Below the pieces are notes generated by a model. That model saw only the letters and a list, made by a program, of their open reading frames with translations. It ran no database searches and was not told the origin of the DNA. From Candidatus Latescibacterota bacterium (lineage in GTDB: Bacteria; Latescibacterota; UBA2968; UBA8231): 64,000 bases of DNA. The position numbers were made by a program, and so were the translations under genes. The stretch spans positions 1,152,001 to 1,216,000 of the forward strand of contig OZ241867.1 in NCBI GenBank assembly GCA_965203175.1, in the 5' to 3' direction. Shown here in pieces: positions 28,486 to 38,156 of the stretch (position 1 is the first letter of the stretch; the number at the start of each line of letters is the position of its first letter).

Positions 28486-29571
28486 ATGAAAAGGTGGATA
28501 GTTGTAACTGTACTAATAACGGCCTTGCTCCCTGGCCTTTGGATGGGGGAAGCGGGAGGGGCTGAGCGGCCTGTGGTTACTCTTCGCGGCGAGCTAGCGC
28601 ATTTGTCCATCGATCTAGCAGGTGGCGGTATCGTCGATTTTCACCTGCTGTCCAACGGCATCAATCCGCTCAAGTGGGAGGGCGAGGGGGGTGAGTTGGA
28701 GCCGCGCAATCGGGGGCACTTCCTGTGTCTGGACCGCGTGGGCCGTCCGTCGGCCGCGGAGCAGGCCAATGGCATGCCCTTCCACGGCGAGGCGGGGAGC
28801 AGTATGTGGGAACTCGTCGGCGAGCCGGAAAAACAAGGCGATGCCGTAGTGGTGGAAATGAGCACCCATCTGCCATTGGCGGGGATGCAGGTGCGGCGCA
28901 TCGTGAGGCTAGAAGGAGCTCATTTCAGTGTTCGCGAAGAGGTAACTAATACCAATGCGCTAGGGCGCATATACAACATCGTCCAGCATCCCACAATCGG
29001 GCCGCCTTTCCTCGACGAGAACACACTGGTGGACGCCAATGCGCGCAAGGGATTCATGCTCAGTAGTCCCATGCCGAACCCGGAGGAGCCATCCGTGTAC
29101 TGGCCCCAGGCCCTCGACGCAGGGATGCCGGTTGACATGCGCCGGCTCGTGGACGACCAAGAACCAGCCGTGGTCGTCTACGTGATCGACGACGAATACG
29201 GCTGGACTACCGCCACTGCGCCGGGGCACGGCCTGCTCTTGGGCTACCTTTGGAAGACTGCTGAGTACCCTTGGTTCAGAGCGTGGCGTCACATCCGCAA
29301 CGGCCGTCCTTTCGCCCGAGGTCTTGAGTTTGGCACTACGGGACCGGGAACACCCTTCGGCTTCCTCGTGGAAAAGGGACGCATCTTCGGCCGCACCCTC
29401 TTTGACTACATCGACGCCGGCAAGACAATCAGTCGATCGTATGTCGCTTTCCTCGTCGAAGTGCCAAGCGACTTTGCCGGCGTTGAGCGGATTGACTACG
29501 ACGGTACGCAAGTGGAACTAAAAGAGTGGGAGGGAACGCGACGCCTTTCGCTTGAGGTTGGAGGCCTGTAG
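28486..29571 (+). CDS. Exported galactose-mutarotase-like (aldose epimerase fold) protein
   Basis: AAAGGAG RBS; signal peptide; PFHGE, QHPT and GLEF pattern of the mutarotase-like fold. Confidence 0.55.
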   Translation: MKRWIVVTVLITALLPGLWMGEAGGAERPVVTLRGELAHLSIDLAGGGIVDFHLLSNGINPLKWEGEGGELEPRNRGHFLCLDRVGRPSAAEQANGMPFHGEAGSSMWELVGEPEKQGDAVVVEMSTHLPLAGMQVRRIVRLEGAHFSVREEVTNTNALGRIYNIVQHPTIGPPFLDENTLVDANARKGFMLSSPMPNPEEPSVYWPQALDAGMPVDMRRLVDDQEPAVVVYVIDDEYGWTTATAPGHGLLLGYLWKTAEYPWFRAWRHIRNGRPFARGLEFGTTGPGTPFGFLVEKGRIFGRTLFDYIDAGKTISRSYVAFLVEVPSDFAGVERIDYDGTQVELKEWEGTRRLSLEVGGL

Positions 29572-29576
29572 CAATT

Positions 29577-31361
29577 ATGGCTATCAAACCGAATTCCCTT
29601 TTCATCGCATCGAAATCAGCGGTCCTGCTGTTTCTTACTTGCAGCATGGGATTGCTGGCCTGTGCGGAAGAGAGGCCGGGCAAGACGGGGCAGGAGGGAA
29701 CCCGATCCATTCCGCGAGAACGCACGCTCGTCACGCACTGCTCGGACATAAATACCTGCGGCGGACAGATCGTCGATTACAATACCTTCAACCCTTTTCT
29801 CCTCGGTTCGTCCTCCCGCACCGGTGCGCACTTCCTGTACGAACCGCTGTATTTCTACAGCGCCTATGACGAGGACGACCAGCTCGTCCCGTGGATCGCC
29901 ACCGGACACGAGTACAACCAAGACTTCACGCAGGTTGTGGTTCACATCCGACAGGGCGTAACGTGGAGCGACGGCACTCCGTGGACCGCCGCGGATTTGG
30001 CCTATACAGTCGCAGCCCTCAAGGAGAACGCCCCCGAACTATTCCTGTCCACCGACATGGAGACCTGGGTCGAGCGCGTGGAAGTAGAAGACGAGCTGAC
30101 CGCGCGGTTCGTGCTCAAGCAACCCAATCCGCGCTTTGTGTTCAACTATCTGACAAACTGCTTCTTCAACGGGATCGCGGTTGTTCCCAAGCACATCTGG
30201 GAAGGCGAAGACCCCAAGACCTTTGAGAATTGCTGTGGCGAGGGCCAGCCGGTCGTCAGCGGTCCCTTTCGCCTCAGTCTGTCGGTCCCGCAGCAGCGCA
30301 TTCTCACCAGGAGAGATGACTGGTGGGCGGCCGAGATCGGCTTCCATGCCTTGCCCGAAGTCGAGCAACTCATCTTTCTCCCCTACATGGACGAGGCCAA
30401 GCGCGTTCAGGCTCTAATCAGCAACGACATCGACATCTCTCTGGACCTGCGCCCTCCCAATATCAAAACGGCCCTCGATGAGAATGCCAATATCGTTTCT
30501 TGGACGGGTGAAGCGCCGCCCTACGGGTACGTCGACTGGTGGCCGGTCAACCTCGGGTTCAACAACCTAGAGGAGCCCTTCCGCGATGCGCAGATCCGCC
30601 ACGCCATCAATCACGCCATCAATCGCGACGAACTAGTGGCAGTTGGCTGGCAGGGAGCAGGAAAAGCGAATTTTCTTCCCTTCCCCAATTTTCCGGCACT
30701 ACAACAGTACCTCGACGAGATCGCGCCGCTGGTAGAAAAGTACAGCGTGGCGGCGTACGACACGGCTCGGACGGCCGCCATAATGAGGGCTAAGGGATGG
30801 AAGCGGGATGAGGAAGGGTTCTGGGCGCAAGACGGTGCTCGCTTCAAAATCCCCATTGATATTGGCACTGTGCACCAAGATCTGGCACCGGTACTAGTGG
30901 CACAACTTAGGCGAGCTGGGTTCAATGCGAGTCATCGCATGACAGCCGATAGCATAACGCGCATGGCCCAGGGGACCGCAAGGGCCTTTATGATGGGAAG
31001 CGTCGGTTCAATTCGCGATCCCTACTTCACGCTCAACTTTTTCCACAGCCGCTACGTCCAGCCCACCGGAACCCACTCCGAGCGCTATTGGCGCTGGCGC
31101 AATGCCGAATTCGACCAGCTAGTGGACCGCATGGGACGCACACCGCCGGATGATCCAAAGCTAGTGGAACTGTTTCGCGCGGCCATGGACATCTGGTTGC
31201 GCGAGTTGCCCGCTATCCCTTTAATCCAGTGGTACCATCGAATTCCCCACAACCAGACCTACTGGACCAACTGGCCCTCGGAAGAAAACCCTTATACCAA
31301 CAGCGCCTACTGGCACAAGACGTGGCTACTGGTGCTCCTGGGGATCAAAGCAGCGAGATGA
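29577..31361 (+). CDS. ABC transporter substrate-binding lipoprotein, family 5 (peptide/oligosaccharide)
   Basis: Lipobox LLAC; LYEPL, GVTWSDGTPWTAAD, IRHAINHAINR, ELPAIPL, WTNWP. Confidence 0.88.
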   Translation: MAIKPNSLFIASKSAVLLFLTCSMGLLACAEERPGKTGQEGTRSIPRERTLVTHCSDINTCGGQIVDYNTFNPFLLGSSSRTGAHFLYEPLYFYSAYDEDDQLVPWIATGHEYNQDFTQVVVHIRQGVTWSDGTPWTAADLAYTVAALKENAPELFLSTDMETWVERVEVEDELTARFVLKQPNPRFVFNYLTNCFFNGIAVVPKHIWEGEDPKTFENCCGEGQPVVSGPFRLSLSVPQQRILTRRDDWWAAEIGFHALPEVEQLIFLPYMDEAKRVQALISNDIDISLDLRPPNIKTALDENANIVSWTGEAPPYGYVDWWPVNLGFNNLEEPFRDAQIRHAINHAINRDELVAVGWQGAGKANFLPFPNFPALQQYLDEIAPLVEKYSVAAYDTARTAAIMRAKGWKRDEEGFWAQDGARFKIPIDIGTVHQDLAPVLVAQLRRAGFNASHRMTADSITRMAQGTARAFMMGSVGSIRDPYFTLNFFHSRYVQPTGTHSERYWRWRNAEFDQLVDRMGRTPPDDPKLVELFRAAMDIWLRELPAIPLIQWYHRIPHNQTYWTNWPSEENPYTNSAYWHKTWLLVLLGIKAAR

Positions 31362-31380
31362 CCGAAATGTAGGTAGCCAT

Positions 31381-31530
31381 AGCGACAAAACCGTTGCAGA
31401 TTTGACTTATGTGGCTTTGGGTCGTTGTGCAATCGCAGTTTTATGACTATACCGGAGGAAACGCTATGTCCAATAATCGGCTTTCCAAAGACAGTATAGC
31501 AATTGCGTCAGCGATAGTTTTGCTGCTGAC
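31381..31530 (+). repeat. Copy B of the promoter/RBS/signal-peptide cassette (copy A at ~2449-2593)
   Basis: See copy A. Encodes MSNNRLSKDSIAIASAIVLLL versus MPNDRLSKGSRANVVAVVLLL. Confidence 0.75.
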
Positions 31531-34480
31531 GATGCTGGCGGGATGGGCGCACGGGCAAACGGGCGAGTGGCTGCAATTGCGCGGCGACCGCCACATGAGC
31601 GGCCGGGCCTCGGGAGTCGGTCAAATCCACGACCTGCCACAAGAGCGATGGCGCTACGACATCGCCGCTTGGGAAGGCTATGTGGAAGTGGAGCAGCACG
31701 CCGGCGACGCCTCCGTGGCCCTGCCCTTTGCCGCTCCGGTAGATCCCGGGTACATCGGCACCCAAGGGCGGGCCTGGGGGGTTGGGCCGCAGGTTTTCGA
31801 CCTCGGCGGTAGCGAGGTGGTCATGCCGGTGGACAATGTCTTCAAAGTGGCCCAGATCCTGCCCGGGGTAGAGGGCTTGCAGCGCTTTGAGATGGGAAAT
31901 TCTTTCAGCGACGGCGGAGCCGATCCCAAGCACGGCTGGCTGCTCGCGTACGACGGCGACGAGCCTCGGGTAGTGTGGGAAACCGAGTTCTTTACCAATA
32001 CCTGGGACCCCAATGTTCTCGTAGTTGACGTCGATGTCGATGGCCAGCTCGATATCGTCGTAGCCACCCACTACCGCATCCTCGTCTTCGACGGAGCCAC
32101 CGGGGAGACCAAGATGCAGTTGCAGTACCACGGGTACCGCAACTACGGCTGGTTCGGAGCTGCCAACATCGACGACGATCCGTATCCCGAATTCGGCGTG
32201 GTGGCCGATTTCAGCATGCACTCCGAGATCATTGACAACGACGGGACAGCGTTGACGCTACGCTGGCTGCGCGACATTCAGCCCGACCCATCGCAATCGA
32301 CCAAGGTAGTGCGGCCCAAACCGCAGGCCCTAGTCGATGTGGACGGCGATGGACGCTTCGAGTTGGTGTACAGCATTTACAACGACCAAGGCGACGGCCA
32401 GTGGCACATCGTCGGCGTCGATGCGCTCAGCGGCGAGACCAGCTTTGATTTCTCCCAGCACCATTTGCACGGTATGGCCGATGTGGATGGCGACGGGCGC
32501 TTGGAACTGTTCGTCTCGGCCACGAGCGGCGAGGCTCTGCCGACTTATGCGCCGCTGGCGGTCTGGTCTTTGGAGGCAGGAGCGGCAACCGTGCGTTGGA
32601 GCCACGAGCGGGGGCGCTTCAGTACGGTATTGCTGAATCAATTGCCCTTGACGGTGAGCACCGGGGCGGCCGACGGATTGCGCACAGTCTCGACCGGCGA
32701 TGTGGATGGCGATGGGCGGCGCGACTTCTTTGCGCTCGCGCCGGATGGCGCAGGTGAAGTGTTGACCGCTTTGGGCAGCGACGGCGCGGGACGTATTGAA
32801 GCGCGGTGGTCTGTGCGCGGTCCCGCCGGGATGGCCCTAGAGACGGCGGCGGTGGCGGACGATGGAGCGGCTTTGCTGTATCTAAAGGGGAGTGGGCTCC
32901 CTAATCAAACGCTGATGCTAGAGCGGGCATCGGGAGAACTGCACCAGTGGAGTCGCCAAGCATTTACCCCGGCTGGCGCACCAATAGTGGCCGATCTAGA
33001 AGGCGATGGCCGGGTGGAAGTGGTCGTGCAGACCGCGACTCGGGAAGTGCTGTGCCTGCAAGCTCCAGGGGTGGGCGAGGGCGAGCCCAGACTGCGGTGG
33101 CAGGTGCCGGGCTACGGCCAGACCAATAACGCGCCTTATCACTGGGGACTAGTCGCCGCCGACGTGGATGGCGATGGCCGCCGGGAAGTGCTGGCGGCGC
33201 GCGAGGCGGCCAGCGGCAACGCCAGCTTGGTGGCGCTCGCGACCGATGGCTCCGTCCGCTGGCAGACCGAGTTCGTCGGTTTTGACGGCAGTATGCCTAT
33301 ATGGAACTTCAGCGGTCTGTCCTACTGGGGCGTCGGGTATTTCCGCAGCAACGAGTACCTGGATGTATTCGCCAGCCTGCGGCGCGGCAAGTTGGGCAGC
33401 GAAGTGGGCTTTTTGCTCGACGGGCGCAGCGGCGAAATCGTCTGGGAATCCAAGGGTTTCATCCTGCCCGAGAACGGTAGCGGCCGCAGTCTGGGCGGGC
33501 ATCCCAGCGCTGCGGGGGATGTGGACGGCGACGGTCTGGAGGAAATCGTGGTGATGTGGCCCGACCGGCTGCACATTGTCGATGGAGTCGCGGGCGCGGC
33601 GCAGGTGGTGCGTCAGGCTTATGGCGACGGACTCAATCCGCTGTTTGAGAGCGATTCCTTTGTCGGCTACGCGTTTCCGGCGGTAGTCGATTTGTTCGGC
33701 GACAGCCGGCCGGAACTCCTCTGGGGGCACTGCAGCTATTTGAACGCCGTTCTAAACGGCGACGGCGAGCGCATCTGGCAGACCCCGTACCGCAACAACA
33801 CGGAAGTGCGATCGCTGATGGGAGTGGGCGACAGCGACGGCGACGAGACCTTGGAATTACTGGCTTCCACCGCCGAGGGCGTGCGCCTGTTTCAAGCGGC
33901 GGACGGCGCGATTTTGTTGGAGTTCGACGATGGAGTGCGGGCCCATACGGACGTGGTCTCCGGCGATGTGGACGGCGATGGGCGCGACGAGTTCCTGTTT
34001 GGCAGCGGCACCAAATTGATCTGCGTGGAACAGGAGGAAGGCACCCTGCGCCGGGCCTGGACTCTCGAGGTGGAGGGTCGCAGCAGCGATATCGCCTTGG
34101 CCGATGCGGATAGGGACGGCTTTTTGGATGCGGTGGTGACGACCACGGACGGCTATGTAAAGGCGTATATGGGGGAAACCGCTGCCACTGCCGTACAAGC
34201 TGTGGAGAACACGCCGCAAAAAACGCATCTACTGCTGCCTTATCCCAATCCATTCAACAGCCGGGTGAATATCGATTTCAGCGTGGGGCAGGCCGGCAAG
34301 GTGCGGCTGGAGGTTTTCGGCCCAACTGGACAGCGGGTGAAAACGCTGGTAGAGGCGTGGCGCAAACCAGGGGCTTATCAGGTGCTCTGGGACGCGAGCG
34401 AGCTCGCCAGCGGGGTGTACCTTGTGCGCTTGCAAACGGGCGATATTGCGCAGGAGCGCAAGGTGTCGCTGGTCAAGTGA
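31466..34480 (+). CDS. Secreted FG-GAP/VCBS-repeat beta-propeller protein with T9SS type-A-like C-terminal domain
   Basis: GGAGG RBS, ATG 31466; many DVDGDGxxE repeats; tail TAVQ...PYPNPFNS...GQRVKTLV...WDAS..ASGVYLVRL...K. Confidence 0.82.
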   Translation: MSNNRLSKDSIAIASAIVLLLTMLAGWAHGQTGEWLQLRGDRHMSGRASGVGQIHDLPQERWRYDIAAWEGYVEVEQHAGDASVALPFAAPVDPGYIGTQGRAWGVGPQVFDLGGSEVVMPVDNVFKVAQILPGVEGLQRFEMGNSFSDGGADPKHGWLLAYDGDEPRVVWETEFFTNTWDPNVLVVDVDVDGQLDIVVATHYRILVFDGATGETKMQLQYHGYRNYGWFGAANIDDDPYPEFGVVADFSMHSEIIDNDGTALTLRWLRDIQPDPSQSTKVVRPKPQALVDVDGDGRFELVYSIYNDQGDGQWHIVGVDALSGETSFDFSQHHLHGMADVDGDGRLELFVSATSGEALPTYAPLAVWSLEAGAATVRWSHERGRFSTVLLNQLPLTVSTGAADGLRTVSTGDVDGDGRRDFFALAPDGAGEVLTALGSDGAGRIEARWSVRGPAGMALETAAVADDGAALLYLKGSGLPNQTLMLERASGELHQWSRQAFTPAGAPIVADLEGDGRVEVVVQTATREVLCLQAPGVGEGEPRLRWQVPGYGQTNNAPYHWGLVAADVDGDGRREVLAAREAASGNASLVALATDGSVRWQTEFVGFDGSMPIWNFSGLSYWGVGYFRSNEYLDVFASLRRGKLGSEVGFLLDGRSGEIVWESKGFILPENGSGRSLGGHPSAAGDVDGDGLEEIVVMWPDRLHIVDGVAGAAQVVRQAYGDGLNPLFESDSFVGYAFPAVVDLFGDSRPELLWGHCSYLNAVLNGDGERIWQTPYRNNTEVRSLMGVGDSDGDETLELLASTAEGVRLFQAADGAILLEFDDGVRAHTDVVSGDVDGDGRDEFLFGSGTKLICVEQEEGTLRRAWTLEVEGRSSDIALADADRDGFLDAVVTTTDGYVKAYMGETAATAVQAVENTPQKTHLLLPYPNPFNSRVNIDFSVGQAGKVRLEVFGPTGQRVKTLVEAWRKPGAYQVLWDASELASGVYLVRLQTGDIAQERKVSLVK

Positions 34481-34516
34481 ACCAAGGCGTGAAGAAACAT
34501 CAAAATCCGTCCGCAA

Positions 34517-35113
34517 CTACTTCAAACAGCCCTGCACGGCCGCCCGGTAGCTCTCCAAGCCCGGCGTCTTTAATCCCTTTTCTTTGGCCAAGTCGTCCCA
34601 TTTGCGCAACTGCACGGCACTTTCCCAATGAGGATTCTGTTCAAACGCCGCCTTTTCTTCGGCCGACATGAAGCCGCCCTGCAACTCAAAACTCCGCTTG
34701 GACGCCCGAGACAAGGTCTGGTAATAGGACCTATCCACCGTGCAGATATAGCGCTTGGCCGGCACGTGCAGCCCGACCGGCTCGGTCACTGCGTCGACGA
34801 AAAAGGGTTCCAGATACTCGGCTCCCACTTCTTCGTGCAGTAAATCCTCGGTGAGGAAATCGGCCTCTTCGCTGTGCTCATCGACTAGGAAGTGACCCAG
34901 ATCGTGCAGCAGAGCTGCCGCCACTTGCACCGAATCGGCCCCGGCCTGTTGGGCTTGGTGGGCGCATTGCAGGGCGTGTTCGAGTTGGGTCACGACTTCG
35001 TCGTAAAAGGACTGGCCCCGCCGCTCCATGTACGCGAATAAAGCATCGACTTTCTGGGCCGGCGTGCCTTGGGCCAGTTCTCTGGCTAGGGAGGGATCTA
35101 CGAGGGTATTCAT
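34517..35113 (-). CDS. HD-domain di-iron oxygenase, PhnZ/TmpB-like (phosphonate degradation family)
   Basis: YDEVVTQLEHALQCA, LLHDLGH, HEEVGA, HVPAKRY, QGGFM, RKWDDLAK. Confidence 0.82.
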   Translation of the reverse strand: MNTLVDPSLARELAQGTPAQKVDALFAYMERRGQSFYDEVVTQLEHALQCAHQAQQAGADSVQVAAALLHDLGHFLVDEHSEEADFLTEDLLHEEVGAEYLEPFFVDAVTEPVGLHVPAKRYICTVDRSYYQTLSRASKRSFELQGGFMSAEEKAAFEQNPHWESAVQLRKWDDLAKEKGLKTPGLESYRAAVQGCLK

Positions 35114-35269
35114 GGCGTTGTGGTCTTTCCTTGAAGATGGTCGATTTTGCTAATCAGGTGGAAACGTCGATCCTTAACATTGTTACTAAACTACCTTTAT
35201 TTTTTAGTTCGCTCACTCCTAAGAGAACCGACATCAAGTAGCGCACTAACAACCAACTGGAGGAAATGT

Positions 35270-36223
35270 ATGGCCCGGTATCTTCTGAGTCTATCCCTAA
35301 TCGTCGCGCTGCTAAACGCCGCCAGCGCCCAAAACCCACCCGCCGATGACCCCTTCGCCTTCGCACTGATCGCGGATATGCCATACTCTCCGACCGACAG
35401 CGTCCGCTTTGGGCGGCTCGTCGAGGAAATCAATCGGGCCGAGGACTTGGAATGGGTCATCCACGTGGGCGATATCAAAGGCGGCAGCAGCCCCTGTAGC
35501 GATGGCTTGCTACAAAGCCGCTTCGAGTGGTTCCAACAATTTGAACGCCCTTTTATTCTGGCTCCGGGCGACAACGATTGGACCGACTGCCACCGGAGTG
35601 GATACCAGCCGCTGGACCGGCTGGCGCATGTGCGGGCGCTCTTTTTTCCGCGTCCAGGTTGGACTATAGGCCAGCATCCCATGCGCGTCGGGACCCAAGG
35701 AGGCACCTTCCCCGAGCACGTGCGCTGGACCCACGGGCGGACGAGTTTTGCCGTGCTGCACATCGTCGGCAGTCACAACGCCACCGCCAAGTTTGAAGGC
35801 CGCGCTCAAGCTAACGACGAGGAAGTCAAAAGCCGCACCAACGCCGCCATTGCCTGGATGCGCGAAACATTCGCCGAGGCCGCGGAACAGGACCATCGCG
35901 CCGTTTTCCTCATCATCCACGCCAACCCGCGCTTTGAGAGACGCGAAGACGAGCCGGACGGGCCATACGCGGCTTTTTTGCAGGCCCTAGAGCAAGAAGT
36001 CGTCCGCTTTGGCCGGCCGGTGGCCCTAGCCCACGGCGACTCCCACTATTTCCGCGTGGACAAGCCCCTGCGCCAAGCGGCCACAGGCCAGCGCTTGACG
36101 CGCTTCACGCGCATCGAACCCTTCGGCACGCCTGACATCCACTGGCTACGGGTGATCGTCGATCCAGACGAGACCGAAATTTTCCAAGTCCATATCGAAA
36201 TCGTCGAAGCCAATCTCGACTGA
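35270..36223 (+). CDS. Secreted calcineurin-like metallophosphoesterase
   Basis: GGAGG RBS; signal peptide; ADMPY, HVGD, PGDNDW, HGDSH. Confidence 0.82.
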   Translation: MARYLLSLSLIVALLNAASAQNPPADDPFAFALIADMPYSPTDSVRFGRLVEEINRAEDLEWVIHVGDIKGGSSPCSDGLLQSRFEWFQQFERPFILAPGDNDWTDCHRSGYQPLDRLAHVRALFFPRPGWTIGQHPMRVGTQGGTFPEHVRWTHGRTSFAVLHIVGSHNATAKFEGRAQANDEEVKSRTNAAIAWMRETFAEAAEQDHRAVFLIIHANPRFERREDEPDGPYAAFLQALEQEVVRFGRPVALAHGDSHYFRVDKPLRQAATGQRLTRFTRIEPFGTPDIHWLRVIVDPDETEIFQVHIEIVEANLD

Positions 36224-36291
36224 GCCTAGGTCAGCGGTAAAGCCGCCCCTGTACACGATCATTGGGGCCGTGTTTTCTACCATCCGTTGCG

Positions 36292-36552
36292 CTAAGATCG
36301 ATATGCGTCTCGACGATGAGCGAGGCGAAAGACAGTAACACGCTGATTGGCGTCGTCAATCTCGTAAAGAATGCGATAGTCACCCACTCTAATTCGCCAT
36401 GAGTTTGGGCGGCCAACTAGCTTTTCTACTCCTAAAGGACGTGGTTCTGACTCTAAGTGAAGGAGGTGCTGATTTATGCGTTGACGAATAGGATCTTGTA
36501 GGCGTCGGCGTTCTCGTTCTGCCGCTGAACGCAGATAAACAGCATAAGCCAT
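36292..36552 (-). CDS. Type II toxin, RelE/ParE family
   Basis: 86 aa; PRPLGVEKLVG...WRIRVGDYRILYEIDD...AHRRDAYR. Confidence 0.88.
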   Translation of the reverse strand: MAYAVYLRSAAERERRRLQDPIRQRINQHLLHLESEPRPLGVEKLVGRPNSWRIRVGDYRILYEIDDANQRVTVFRLAHRRDAYRS

Positions 36553-36554
36553 TG

Positions 36555-36809
36555 TTAAGGAGCTTCTCCGGTCTCACGAAGAAGATCTCGCAAAGGCCGG
36601 GCTTCGCCATTTTCCTCATTAGCTTCTTCCATTAACAGAGCATCAACCACATTCTGCAGATGCAGAGGGAGCGTCTCCCAATCGGTTTCCCGAGCGATCT
36701 TTTGCAGTAAGGCCTTGAAGTCATCATATCCAAGTATCACTTCAATGATCTCGCCTGAGTCATCATATACCCATTTGGGGAAACGAGATTTTTCGATCAT
36801 GCTCGCCAT
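36555..36809 (-). CDS. Putative antitoxin (small acidic protein upstream of the RelE-family toxin)
   Basis: 84 aa, acidic, GAGGA RBS, 2 bp upstream of the toxin, same lower-GC segment. Confidence 0.62.
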   Translation of the reverse strand: MASMIEKSRFPKWVYDDSGEIIEVILGYDDFKALLQKIARETDWETLPLHLQNVVDALLMEEANEENGEARPLRDLLRETGEAP

Positions 36810-36896
36810 AGTATCCTCAATCTGGAGAGAGAAGCGATCCTCCGAAGCAAACGTAAGCTTCTATTTTGAAAATACAATACGAACTCTGTCAAGATT

Positions 36897-38114
36897 TTAC
36901 GCGATGTCGATGATCTCTGGGGGCGTGGCGTAACCACCGGGGATGTGAACGGTGCGCCACTCCGGCGCATCGCGACGCGGCAGCGACAGGGCTGGCTCGC
37001 CCTTGCAGCTCAAGCGGTATAGCAGCCGAGCATCGTCGAGCGAGTTGATATTCGACTTGAGCGGCGGCGAGTTGTGCAGGGTCATGTAGTTGTCCCACAG
37101 CGTTACATCGCCCGGCGCGTGCGGGTGGTCGTAGCGGAACTGCGGCTGCAGCACGTGCGCTTCGAGCCGGTCGAGGAACGCGCGCGATGCTTCCGCGGAC
37201 ATCCCTTCCACCTCGATCGCCGGCCGCACCCGTGGCCGCGACGCCCAGATTGGACTGTGCAGGGACTTGATGCCAGAGCGCGGGTTGGTGCGCACCAGCG
37301 GAGCCAGCCAGCCTTCGTCGCCCTCGTTCAACCGCCGCCGCAACTGAACTTGTTCCAGAGCCGTCTGCTCTGTCGGCGGCAGTGCCGCAAAGGCCCCCGC
37401 AGTGTCGGCAAAGGCCGTCTCGCCGTTCAACGGCAGGCGCTTGCGCAGCCGCATGAGTTCGCGGTCCGAGCCTTCGTAGTACGGATGAGCCTTGCCGTCG
37501 TCGGGTGCCTGCACCCAATTCCCGCCCGGGGCATCGCGCGCCACCGGCGACTTGTGAGCGAGGAACATCGAGACGTAGATTGGCAAAGGCTCGTACTCAA
37601 TGTCCGTGTGCCACGAGCCACCCTGCGTCACCGCGACGGGTGCAGCACTGCGCTCTCCCCGAAAGTTGGCCACTACCAGCACCGCAGGCGACTCGTGCGG
37701 CAGACATTGCAGTTGGCCGGGGAAGGCGGCGTTGACCGCAGCGGCCGTGCGCCGTTCAAAGGGAATCAACTCAAAGGGACCGTCGCTGTCGCCATCTTGC
37801 TGGGCCGGTTTGCCCCCGCGCATGAAGTTGTTGGGATGGGGCACCGGCGCGCCCCAGTGGTTGGCGAAGCGCTCGAAGTGGGCAAGGGAAAAGGCTTCCA
37901 AGTCCTGCCCGGCAATGCTGACGATGCGAAACTGGCTCAGGGCGTCCAGCAGAAAGGCGACTTGCTCGGGATTGAGCGAGCGGCACAGATCGATACCCGT
38001 GAAGCGCCGCCCGGCACCGCTGGCGGCCAGCGGACCCTCGCTGCAGGCATTCGTGCCGAATAACCCGCGCAGCCTTTTATCGAACGGTTCTGTCTTTTGG
38101 CCCATGTGCTCCAT
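36897..38114 (-). CDS. TauD/TfdA family Fe(II)/2-oxoglutarate dioxygenase
   Basis: WHTD (HxD), GETAFAD, PLVRTNP.SG.KSL, GDVTLWDN..TLH, RLLYR. Confidence 0.82.
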   Translation of the reverse strand: MEHMGQKTEPFDKRLRGLFGTNACSEGPLAASGAGRRFTGIDLCRSLNPEQVAFLLDALSQFRIVSIAGQDLEAFSLAHFERFANHWGAPVPHPNNFMRGGKPAQQDGDSDGPFELIPFERRTAAAVNAAFPGQLQCLPHESPAVLVVANFRGERSAAPVAVTQGGSWHTDIEYEPLPIYVSMFLAHKSPVARDAPGGNWVQAPDDGKAHPYYEGSDRELMRLRKRLPLNGETAFADTAGAFAALPPTEQTALEQVQLRRRLNEGDEGWLAPLVRTNPRSGIKSLHSPIWASRPRVRPAIEVEGMSAEASRAFLDRLEAHVLQPQFRYDHPHAPGDVTLWDNYMTLHNSPPLKSNINSLDDARLLYRLSCKGEPALSLPRRDAPEWRTVHIPGGYATPPEIIDIA

Positions 38115-38156
38115 CTATTGGCGGTAGAGAAGGCCGTACAATGCTTCTCTGCATTT

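Noticed and set aside
31466-34480. Recurrent gatgtggacggcgatgg-like DNA repeats resembling an array
   Set aside because: They encode DVDGDG FG-GAP motifs in frame and are irregularly spaced, so not CRISPR.
35173-35202. Possible Pho box between the phnZ-like and phosphoesterase genes
   Set aside because: Only one reasonable half-site; the 11-bp-period repeats are poor.
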